Assembly: GCA_934169575.1 (NCBI GenBank)
Contig: CAKPOA010000002.1
Coordinates: forward strand, 46,494-110,493
From: an uncultured Clostridia bacterium
GTDB lineage: Bacteria; Bacillota; Clostridia; TANB77; CAG-508
Length of the DNA: 64,000 bases
Reading direction: 5' to 3'
Positions 21,973 to 29,612 of this stretch are shown in pieces. Numbering within the stretch: the stretch's first letter is position 1; the number at the start of each line of letters is the position of its first letter. The position numbers and the translations under genes are program-made. The notes under the pieces were generated by a model. It had not been told where the DNA came from. It did not search any database and saw only the letters and a list, made by a program, of their open reading frames with translations.

Positions 21973-23085
21973 TTATTGTATAAATATTGTCTTTTTTCTA
22001 TTTCCACTAATATTTAATAATAAACCTATACATATAAAACTTGTAACTAGTGAACTTCCACCATAACTTACAAATAAAAGAGGTACACCTGTTATTGGCA
22101 ACAATCCCATTGTCATTCCTATATTTTCTGTCATATGGAATAAAAGAACACCACTTATACCAGCAGCAATATATGCTCCACTATCATCTCTTGCAGTTTT
22201 TGCAATATATAGTGATTTTGTTATTAAAAATACATATGCAATTATAACTGTTCCAGCAACTATAAATCCCATTTCTTCACCTATTGCTGAAAATATAAAA
22301 TCAGTTGTTTTGGGTGATAAATAACCAAGTTGTGTTTGATTTCCATTTAACAAGCCCATTCCTGTAAGTTCTCCAGCTCCTATTGCAAGTTTAGATTGAA
22401 TTATATTATATCCTGAACCTTTTGGGTCAGATTCTGGATTTAAAAATACATCTATTCTTGATTTTGCATGGTCTGGCAATACAAATTGGTATATTAATGG
22501 TATTCCAATTACTAATAATATACTAGCTATTATAATATATTTTTTATCTATTCCAGCTACAAATAGTACCATTATTAATGCTACAATATATGCTGCAGCT
22601 GTTCCAAAATCTGGTTGTAAAATTATTAATACTACCGGTAATGCTACAACAGATATTATTGTTAATAATTTAATAATTCTATTTATTTCTTCTTTTCCTG
22701 TTACTTGTACTCTTGTTACAACATATGCTAAAAACAAAATTACAGCAACTTTTGCAAATTCTGCTGGTTGCAATGAAAATGCTCCTATATTAAACCAGCT
22801 ACTTGCACCATTTATTGATTTTGTAAATAATACTACAATTAGTAATATTATTGATAAGCCATATAAAATTGGAGAAATTTTCACTAATATTCTGTAATCT
22901 ATAAATGTTACAGCAATCATTATAAATAAACTAATGCCAATCCATATTAATTGTTTTTTTAAATCTCCAAAATTATCTGATTGTGTTGTTGAATAAAGTG
23001 CCACACAACCTATTACACAAAGTAGTATTGATAAAATTAAAATCCACCATTCTACATTTTTAAATTTTTCTCTATTCATCTTCAC
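21973..23085 (-). CDS. rodA: SEDS-family peptidoglycan polymerase (RodA/FtsW)
   Basis: 370 aa, about 10 TM helices, QPAEFAKV and GLLPITGVPLLFVSYGGSS motifs. Lies downstream of minDE, as for rodA in Clostridia. Confidence 0.85.
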   Translation of the reverse strand: MKMNREKFKNVEWWILILSILLCVIGCVALYSTTQSDNFGDLKKQLIWIGISLFIMIAVTFIDYRILVKISPILYGLSIILLIVVLFTKSINGASSWFNIGAFSLQPAEFAKVAVILFLAYVVTRVQVTGKEEINRIIKLLTIISVVALPVVLIILQPDFGTAAAYIVALIMVLFVAGIDKKYIIIASILLVIGIPLIYQFVLPDHAKSRIDVFLNPESDPKGSGYNIIQSKLAIGAGELTGMGLLNGNQTQLGYLSPKTTDFIFSAIGEEMGFIVAGTVIIAYVFLITKSLYIAKTARDDSGAYIAAGISGVLLFHMTENIGMTMGLLPITGVPLLFVSYGGSSLVTSFICIGLLLNISGNRKKTIFIQ

Positions 23086-23671
23086 TCTCTTTTTTAATAT
23101 TTTCTTTTTTATTAGTAGTTTTTTGATTTTCTACTTTTTTTGTTTGTTTTTCTTTGTTGCTATTTTCATTATGTTGAACTTCTTGTTTTTCTTTGTTGCT
23201 ATTTTCATTATGTTGAACTTCTTGTTTTTCATTATTGTTTTTTTGATGATGCTCTTTTTGCATATCATTCTTTGGTTTATGGTCTTTTTTCATTTCTTCT
23301 TGTTTCTTTTCTTTTATTTCTTTATTTTTTTCTGTTTTTTCTTCTTTCTTTTCTTCATTTTTCATAGTTCTTGTTGTTTCTTTTATATTAATAATAGGGA
23401 TATTTGCATATAAAGCTGGAGCTCCTTGTGTTCCATCTTCATTTTCTTGATTTGTTAATCTAACATCCATTGCAGTTTCATCTATATCTATATATTTTTT
23501 TATTACCTCTATTATTTCTTGCCTCATTAAATCTAAGAAATCTGCAGATACATTTGCCCTATCTTGCATAAGGACTAAATGTAATCTTTCTTTTGCAGTT
23601 TCTTTAGAACTAGCATTAAGTGCTTCTCTTTTATTAGCCTTTTTAAAAAATTTCATAATGTTTTCAAACAT
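23072..23671 (-). CDS. minE: Cell division topological specificity factor MinE with a ~95-aa K/E/N/Q-rich C-terminal extension
   Basis: The N-terminal ~100 aa match MinE (SKETAKERLHLVLMQDR...EIIEVIKKYI). The rest is low complexity and includes a tandem 13-aa repeat. Confidence 0.85.
   Translation of the reverse strand: MFENIMKFFKKANKREALNASSKETAKERLHLVLMQDRANVSADFLDLMRQEIIEVIKKYIDIDETAMDVRLTNQENEDGTQGAPALYANIPIINIKETTRTMKNEEKKEEKTEKNKEIKEKKQEEMKKDHKPKNDMQKEHHQKNNNEKQEVQHNENSNKEKQEVQHNENSNKEKQTKKVENQKTTNKKENIKKESEDE
23146..23223. repeat. Tandem 39-bp repeat (2 full copies plus a partial third) inside the minE 3' extension
   Basis: GTTTTTCTTTGTTGCTATTTTCATTATGTTGAACTTCTT occurs at 23146..23184 and 23185..23223. 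It encodes KEKQEVQHNENSN twice. Confidence 0.9.
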
Positions 23672-23702
23672 CTAATTACCTCCATCTCTATTTCATTTGT
23701 TT

Positions 23703-24497
23703 TTATCTTTTTTTAAAAAGTCTCTTTAATCTTGCAAAAAAGCCTTTTTCTCTTCCTGGAATTGTTACTTCTATATTTTCTCCTAATACTCTTTTTGCAA
23801 TTTCTAAATAAGCTTTTCCTGATGGAGCTTTTTTATTTTGTATAACTGGTTCACCTTTATTTGTTTGTGTTATTATATATTCATCATCTGGAACTACACC
23901 AATTAAATCTATAGATAATAAATCTACAATATCATCAACATCCATCATTTCACCTTTTCTAACCATATTTGGTCTTATTCTATTTATAACCAATTCTGGA
24001 TTTTTTATTTCAGCAGATTCTAATAATCCAATTATTCTATCTGCATCTCTTATTGATGATATTTCAGCTGTTGATACTACTATTGCTCTGTCTGCTCCTG
24101 CAATTGCATTTTTAAATCCTTGCTCTATTCCTGCTGGGCAATCTATAAGTATATAGTCGAATTCTTCTTTTAGTTTGTCTGTAAGATCTTTCATTTGTTC
24201 TTCATTTACTGCAGATTTATCTCTTGTTTGTGCAGCAGGTAATAAGTATAATTCTTTAAATCTTTTATCTTTTATTAATGCTTGTCTTAATTTGCATTTT
24301 TCTTCAACAACATCTACTATATCATATACAATTCTATTTTCTAGTCCCATTACAACATCTAAGTTTCTTAGCCCTATATCTGTATCTATTAATACAACTT
24401 TTTTTCCTTCTAGTGCTAAACTTGATCCTAAATTTGCTGTAGTTGTTGTTTTTCCTACTCCACCTTTTCCTGATGTAATAACTATAACTTCTCCCAT
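23703..24497 (-). CDS. minD: Septum site-determining ATPase MinD
   Basis: Deviant Walker A SGKGGVGKTT, 264 aa, C-terminal amphipathic helix GFFARLKRLFKK. Confidence 0.95.
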   Translation of the reverse strand: MGEVIVITSGKGGVGKTTTTANLGSSLALEGKKVVLIDTDIGLRNLDVVMGLENRIVYDIVDVVEEKCKLRQALIKDKRFKELYLLPAAQTRDKSAVNEEQMKDLTDKLKEEFDYILIDCPAGIEQGFKNAIAGADRAIVVSTAEISSIRDADRIIGLLESAEIKNPELVINRIRPNMVRKGEMMDVDDIVDLLSIDLIGVVPDDEYIITQTNKGEPVIQNKKAPSGKAYLEIAKRVLGENIEVTIPGREKGFFARLKRLFKKR

Positions 24498-24602
24498 ATT
24501 CTTCCTCCTTAGGATTTTGAAAAAATTCCTATAATATAATATAATGAATTTGACAAAAAGTCAATGCTATTGACATAAAAACCTAAATTTTTTTTATTTT
24601 TT

Positions 24603-24813
24603 GGTTACTGGTCAGCCTTTTTTAATTTATTTCCTGAATATGTGTATGAAACTATTTTTGAAATACTGCGTAAGCGATCAAACGAACGGAGTGAGTGCGA
24701 TTGGAGCAATTTTCATTTAATTAATTTTAAATATAAAATTGCTACTGCAAAGTATGAAAAAATAATTTTATACACATATTTAGGTTTAAATCTCTTTGTG
24801 GCTGACCAGTAAC
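24603..24813 (+). repeat. MITE-like intergenic repeat, copy C (best preserved)
   Basis: 14-bp perfect terminal inverted repeats within GGTTACTGGTCAGCC (24603..24617) and GGCTGACCAGTAAC (24800..24813). The core is shared with copies A and B. Confidence 0.85.
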
Positions 24814-24869
24814 TATTTTTCTGCTAAAAAAAGCCACAAACTTTTTTGTTCATGACTTTTGTTTTTATT

Positions 24870-25736
24870 TTAAATTGCAACAGGAATTTTCCCTAAATTA
24901 ATCTCTTTATTATAATCATACCCTTGAATTTCAAAATCTTCTATCTTAAATTCGTAAAAATCTTTTGTATCATTATTTATAACTAGCTTAGGAGTAACAT
25001 CTATTGATTTTGCATTTATCAATTTTTCAATTAAAGGTATATGTCTATCATAAATATGACAATCTCCTATATTATGTGTTAAGGTTCCAACTTCAAGACC
25101 TGCACATTGTGCAAACATACATAATAAAGCAGCATATTGCATAGTATTCCAACCATTTGCAGCAAGCATATCTTGTGAACGTTGGTTTAAGATCAAATGC
25201 AATTTTCCTCCTTTTACAAGCCATTGTGTTCCATATGCACATGGTTCTAAATTCATATCTTTTAAATCTTCAAAATTAAATATATTTGTCATTATTCTTC
25301 TACTTGATTTATCATTTTGCAATAAATTTAAAACATAATCAACCTGGTCTATATGCTTAATACCTTGTTTTGTTTTAAAATCATATTTTTTTGCCATTTG
25401 ATATCCATATGCTTTTCCAATTGATCCATCTTCATCAGCCCATTGATCCCATATATGTGAATTTAAGTCATTTACATTATTAGACTTTTTTTGCCATATC
25501 CATAAAATTTCATCAATAGCTCTTATTACTGTTTTTGAATTGTTTCTTAATGTTATCATTGGAAATTCTTTTCCAACATCATATTTATTTGTCACACCAA
25601 CTACTGATATATAATTGGCTTCAGCTCCATCTTCCCATCTTGTTCTTACATTTGTTCCTTCTGATGAATATCCATTTTCTAATATTTCTTTACATGTTTC
25701 TATAAAATTTTTATCAGCCTGTGTCATATTTATCAC
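24870..25736 (-). CDS. thyA: Thymidylate synthase (ThyA type)
   Basis: LEPCAYGTQWLV (catalytic Cys), LNQRSQDMLAANGWNTMQYAALL and GDCHIYDRH. Confidence 0.92.
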   Translation of the reverse strand: MINMTQADKNFIETCKEILENGYSSEGTNVRTRWEDGAEANYISVVGVTNKYDVGKEFPMITLRNNSKTVIRAIDEILWIWQKKSNNVNDLNSHIWDQWADEDGSIGKAYGYQMAKKYDFKTKQGIKHIDQVDYVLNLLQNDKSSRRIMTNIFNFEDLKDMNLEPCAYGTQWLVKGGKLHLILNQRSQDMLAANGWNTMQYAALLCMFAQCAGLEVGTLTHNIGDCHIYDRHIPLIEKLINAKSIDVTPKLVINNDTKDFYEFKIEDFEIQGYDYNKEINLGKIPVAI

Positions 25737-25798
25737 TCTCCTGATGCTATTCTAACATTTGTTCTCATATCCGTCAATAGATTTTTTACATTTTTTAT

Positions 25799-25839
25799 AT
25801 ACATATTTAAGTTATAAATTTAAAAAGCTGACTAGTAAC
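25799..25839 (+). repeat. Solo right-end fragment of the MITE-like repeat
   Basis: ATACATATTTAAGTTATAAATTTAAAAAGCTGACTAGTAAC aligns with the right end of copy C (ACACATATTTAGGTTTAAATCTCTTTGTGGCTGACCAGTAAC). Confidence 0.6.
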
Positions 25840-26090
25840 TACTGGATAATGGTTTATTTAAAATTAACATAAGGAAATAGTTGTAATATCAAATTTATAG
25901 TCAATTACTCTTGTTTTTCAATATAATTTTAATTTTTTTCTATTTATTCCCTAAATGCCTTACATAAAATTCATTTTTCATTTATTATATATGTCATGTT
26001 TCTGCAATCTTATGTGATTTTTATTTACATATTTGCTCCAATTATCTATTGTAGATACATACATTATTATTTTAAAGGAAGTGTTTATAA

Positions 26091-26339
26091 ATGAGTATAT
26101 CAGATGCTATTAGATTTAGAATCGATGATTTATTAGAAGATTATGACTTAACAGCATACAGATTATCTTATCTTGCTGGCATTTCACCTTCTGTTATTAG
26201 TGACTGTCAAAGAGGAAAAGTTAAAGAGCCAACAATTAGCACAATTATTCATATTTGTGAAGGGCTTGGTATCCAATTAAAGGATTTTTTTGATTCTGAA
26301 ATCTTTACTGATGTTGAGGCAATTGAAAGATTTGATTAA
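26091..26339 (+). CDS. XRE-family helix-turn-helix protein
   Basis: 82 aa with an HTH_3-like segment (YRLSYLAGISPSVISDCQRGK). A hairpin/T-run terminator follows at 26358..26399. Confidence 0.75.
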   Translation: MSISDAIRFRIDDLLEDYDLTAYRLSYLAGISPSVISDCQRGKVKEPTISTIIHICEGLGIQLKDFFDSEIFTDVEAIERFD

Positions 26340-26516
26340 AAAGAATTATCAGTATTTAAAAAGGAGATTTAAGGTATTTTAAACTTAGTTCTCCTTTTTG
26401 CAATATTTCAATATATATACCTATAAATCTTTTAAGAATTTATTTATAAATACATGGCATTTTATAAGATTTTGTGATATATTTATTGAAGAAAATAATT
26501 TTAGAAAGGTGATAAA

Positions 26517-27305
26517 ATGGAAAAAAAGCCTATGAAAATCTTAATTATTGAAGATGATGTTGAAGAATGTAAAGATTTTATTGAATGTGCAAAAACAATG
26601 GACGATATTGAAATAGTTGCTGTTACTGATTCTGATATTGTTGGATTACAATATACTAAAGCTAAACACCCAGAAGGTATAGTACTAGATTTAGAACTAA
26701 ATAATAGTCAATCTGGTAATACCGATTCTTTAGGATTTTTATCTGATTTAAAAAATTTACACATGAATTATCAACCTATTATTATTGTTACAACACATGT
26801 TAATTCTAAAAGGACTTATGAAATATTACACAGAAATGGAGTTGATTTAATTTTATATAAAGACCAGCCAAAATATTCTCATAAATATGTTTTTAACAAG
26901 TTTTTAAACTTTAGAAGCACTCTTGAAGTTTCAAATTCAAATTCCATCCAAGACAAATTAATTGACTTGGATAGTAAAATTTCAGATTGCATTAATCATG
27001 AACTTGATATAATTGGAGTTGCACGAAATTTGAAAGGTAGAAAATATTTGCATGATGGAATTTTATTTTTAATTCAAAATGAAAACTCTGACATAAATGT
27101 TATGCAATATTTATCTAAAATATATAAAAAATCTCCAAATACAATAGTTAATGGTATTCAAAACTCTATCTTTCATGCTTGGCGTGTTTCTCCTATTGAA
27201 GATTTAACTGCTTATTATACTGCAAAAATAAATTATGAAACAGGTATACCAACTCCTATGGAATTTATATATTACTATGTTGATAGAGTAAAAAAATTGA
27301 TTTAA
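26517..27305 (+). CDS. Spo0A-like response regulator (receiver + Spo0A_C-type DNA-binding domain), paralog 1
   Basis: REC motifs are present (IIEDD, VLDLEL, IIVTTH, LYKD). The C-terminus follows the Spo0A_C pattern: ELDIIGVARNLKGRKYLHDGI, IQNSIFHAWRV, PTPMEFIYYYVDRV. 262 aa. Confidence 0.75.
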   Translation: MEKKPMKILIIEDDVEECKDFIECAKTMDDIEIVAVTDSDIVGLQYTKAKHPEGIVLDLELNNSQSGNTDSLGFLSDLKNLHMNYQPIIIVTTHVNSKRTYEILHRNGVDLILYKDQPKYSHKYVFNKFLNFRSTLEVSNSNSIQDKLIDLDSKISDCINHELDIIGVARNLKGRKYLHDGILFLIQNENSDINVMQYLSKIYKKSPNTIVNGIQNSIFHAWRVSPIEDLTAYYTAKINYETGIPTPMEFIYYYVDRVKKLI

Positions 27306-27320
27306 AATAAATATAAATTT

Positions 27321-27346
27321 GAACTCTGAAAAAGAGTTCTTTTTTA
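27321..27346 (+). terminator. Rho-independent terminator
   Basis: GAACTCT-gaaaa-AGAGTTC followed by TTTTTTAT. Confidence 0.7.
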
Positions 27347-27441
27347 TTTGCAAATATTCTATGTATATATCATTGTAACAAATAATTTTTTATTACTAAT
27401 TGAAGAATTTATTTGAAAATAATTTTATAATTCTGTTGAAC

Positions 27442-28389
27442 TTAATTTTCTTTTTTTAATAAGTTTTTATAGCACATTCTACAAGATAAATATCTCATCA
27501 AATCCAATTTTCCTATTCTATATAAATATTCTCTCTTTTTTATATTTTTTTTAACGTTCCTATACTTTGCATATTTTCCTTTTTTATCTCTTCCTAAAAA
27601 AAGAAAATTATTAGTGTTTTTATATATTCTACTCTTTTTATTCAAAGTCAAATTCTCCTTTTGGAGCAATTTTTTTATTTCTTCCAAACAGTATTTTAAA
27701 TATTCTTTTGATTCATGAAATAGCAAAAAATCATCTTGATAACGCACATAATATTTTATTTTTAAATTTTCTTTAATAAAATGATCCATATCATTCAAAT
27801 AAAAAATTGCTAATACTTGACTCGTCATATTTCCAATTCCTAATCCTTCTGGCTGACTATCTATAACTTTAAATACAATATCCAATGCTTCTTTGTCCTT
27901 AATTTTTCTTAGTAATTTTTCTTTTAAGATATTTTTGTCTATACTAGCGAAAAATTTACTAATATCGCATTTTAGTACATAGTATTCTCCATATTTTATA
28001 GTACATTTGTTATGGAATTTGTTTACTAATTTTATACCATATCTTGTACCTTTATTTTCCAAACTTGCTACATTTTCATCTATCAAGCAAGGAATTAAAG
28101 ATGGATATAATATTTGCCTACTAATCAGATGATTTATTACTTTATCTTGTAAGTTTTGACTCACAATTGTTCTTTCCTTAGGTTCATATATTGTAAAAAC
28201 ATTATAACTCCCTACTTCATATTTTCTTTCTAGTAAAATTTTATATATTCTGCTAATATAAATACATCTATATTCTCTATAATTTCTTACTTTTCTTTTA
28301 TTTCTTGTATGTGAGCATACTTCGTTATATGCTTGTTCTATATTTTTCATTTTTAATAAATTATTATATAAATTATTTTTTCTTTTCAT
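27442..28389 (-). CDS. DGR reverse transcriptase
   Basis: GIGNMTSQVLAIFYLN is the DGR-specific [I/L]GxxxSQ motif 4, and VRYQDDFLLF is the YxDD box. RBS AGGAG precedes the ATG at 28389. The gene lies directly downstream of TR. Confidence 0.92.
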   Translation of the reverse strand: MKRKNNLYNNLLKMKNIEQAYNEVCSHTRNKRKVRNYREYRCIYISRIYKILLERKYEVGSYNVFTIYEPKERTIVSQNLQDKVINHLISRQILYPSLIPCLIDENVASLENKGTRYGIKLVNKFHNKCTIKYGEYYVLKCDISKFFASIDKNILKEKLLRKIKDKEALDIVFKVIDSQPEGLGIGNMTSQVLAIFYLNDMDHFIKENLKIKYYVRYQDDFLLFHESKEYLKYCLEEIKKLLQKENLTLNKKSRIYKNTNNFLFLGRDKKGKYAKYRNVKKNIKKREYLYRIGKLDLMRYLSCRMCYKNLLKKEN

Positions 28390-28581
28390 TATTACTCCTA
28401 TAAAAAAAGTAGCCAAATCGCTACTTAAAAATAGTACTAAAATATATTCCCTTTCAATTTCTTTACTAACAAATATATTTATCTACTTTTATTTTATCGC
28501 ATTACAGCGAAGGGACAATAGTTTGTTTCTATATTATCTCTTATATAGTCACAATAACTATATAACCACAGTTTATAGAAT

Positions 28582-28732
28582 CTACAGGGCGCACAGCGAA
28601 CCATTTTGCATTGGAATTGCCGTTCGAATTGAACAAGTCATTGCCGGTGCCAGCATTGCCTTCATTGACAACCCCTGGACCGAAATTGCAATAGTCAGAG
28701 CCATTCATGTTGACACCAGAAGAAGCAAGCCA
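28582..28732 (-). repeat. DGR template repeat (TR)
   Basis: 151 bp collinear with 29744..29894 (offset 1162, no indels). 19 mismatches, all T on the plus strand, which is A on the coding (minus) strand. In the target frame it encodes an Asn-rich peptide (WLASSGVNMNGSDYCNFGPGVVNEGNAGTGNDLFNSNGNSNAKWFAVRPV) with AAY codons. Confidence 0.95.
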
Positions 28733-28738
28733 CTACAA

Positions 28739-29095
28739 CTATGCCCCATTGTCTTGCTTTGAAATTGATTTTTGCCATCCTATTGAATATTTTAATATAT
28801 CATCTAATTTCTCACCAAATTTTGTGTATCTTTTCATATTTATTATTTCTTTGTCATAACATAAATTTATTAAAAAATCTAATACTTTAATTTTAGCGAT
28901 TATGTCGTTGATATATTCTATTTTATTTTCTTTGGTTATATTTGCTTTATAAGCCAATTCTAGCAAATCGTATGATAAATTTCTTATTCTATTTTTTATT
29001 TCAATATCTTTTTTGGGAAAGTTATTCAAATATTTATCTATATAAATAACTAACTCTCTAATAAAATTTATTACTTTAAATTTTTCTTCTTTCAT
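28739..29095 (-). CDS. avd: DGR accessory variability determinant (four-helix-bundle, 23S rRNA IVS-protein family)
   Basis: 118 aa, a helical pattern typical of Avd (FIRELVIYIDKYLNNFPKK...LLELAYKAN...). Lies immediately 5' of TR. Confidence 0.8.
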   Translation of the reverse strand: MKEEKFKVINFIRELVIYIDKYLNNFPKKDIEIKNRIRNLSYDLLELAYKANITKENKIEYINDIIAKIKVLDFLINLCYDKEIINMKRYTKFGEKLDDILKYSIGWQKSISKQDNGA

Positions 29096-29513
29096 TTATA
29101 ATTTTTTCAACCTCAAAAATTGTTTTCTCATCATTGCACATAAGTAAATATTTATATATTTTTTCAATTCTCATTTTTTTTGCAATTTCTTTTTTTGCTT
29201 TTTCATAAAATTCTTTATAGTTATTCAAATTTTTATTATTATCTTCTTCCTCAACATCATAGTTATTTCTTTTGTCCAATACTATATAATTTATTTTATT
29301 TTTTTCTAATATTGATAGAACTTTATTATATGCACTTTTTGGAAATGAAGAATTATATATGTTATTATCAAGAATATTTATTTTATATCCTAGCAAGTAT
29401 GAAATAATATATGAATCTCTACCATAGCAATTATAAAAATTCCCAACTCTTACTAATACAACATGTTCTTTATGTACTTCTTTAACATTTTTAACTATAT
29501 TTATAATTCCCAT
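29076..29513 (-). CDS. MutS domain I-like small protein (DGR accessory gene candidate)
   Basis: 145 aa. VVLVRVGNFYNCYGRDSYIISYLLGYKI...SFPKSAYNKVLSILEKNKINYIVLD parallels the MutS mismatch-binding domain (llfFRmGDFYElFyeDA...lLgitLT...aGvP...yl.kLv..G.kVai). No ATPase domain is present. Overlaps avd by 20 nt. Confidence 0.6.
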   Translation of the reverse strand: MGIINIVKNVKEVHKEHVVLVRVGNFYNCYGRDSYIISYLLGYKINILDNNIYNSSFPKSAYNKVLSILEKNKINYIVLDKRNNYDVEEEDNNKNLNNYKEFYEKAKKEIAKKMRIEKIYKYLLMCNDEKTIFEVEKIINERRKI

Positions 29514-29531
29514 AATCTACCCCTAATAATT

Positions 29532-29561
29532 TTCCAAGAAGTCCAAAGGACCTTCTTGGAA
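29532..29561 (-). other. Strong hairpin between the DGR target gene and the accessory genes
   Basis: TTCCAAGAAGTCC-aaa-GGAC(C)TTCTTGGAA, a 13-bp stem with one bulge. No T-run follows on the minus strand. Confidence 0.5.
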
Positions 29562-29612
29562 GTCTTCTTAATTTATTTTGTTATTATTATTTATCCCTGC
29601 AGTCTTATATTT

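Noticed and set aside
28620-28640. GTTCGAATTGAAC in TR resembling a tRNA T-arm
   Set aside because: There is no acceptor, D or anticodon stem around it, and it is part of the DGR template repeat. I could not support any tRNA or rRNA gene anywhere in the window.
28523-28762. 79-aa plus-strand ORF across TR, and the 77-aa minus-strand ORF at 29744..29977 in an alternative frame within the target gene across VR
   Set aside because: Both are by-products of the unusually GC-rich TR/VR sequence. They have no RBS, and the true coding frame is the target-gene frame on the minus strand.
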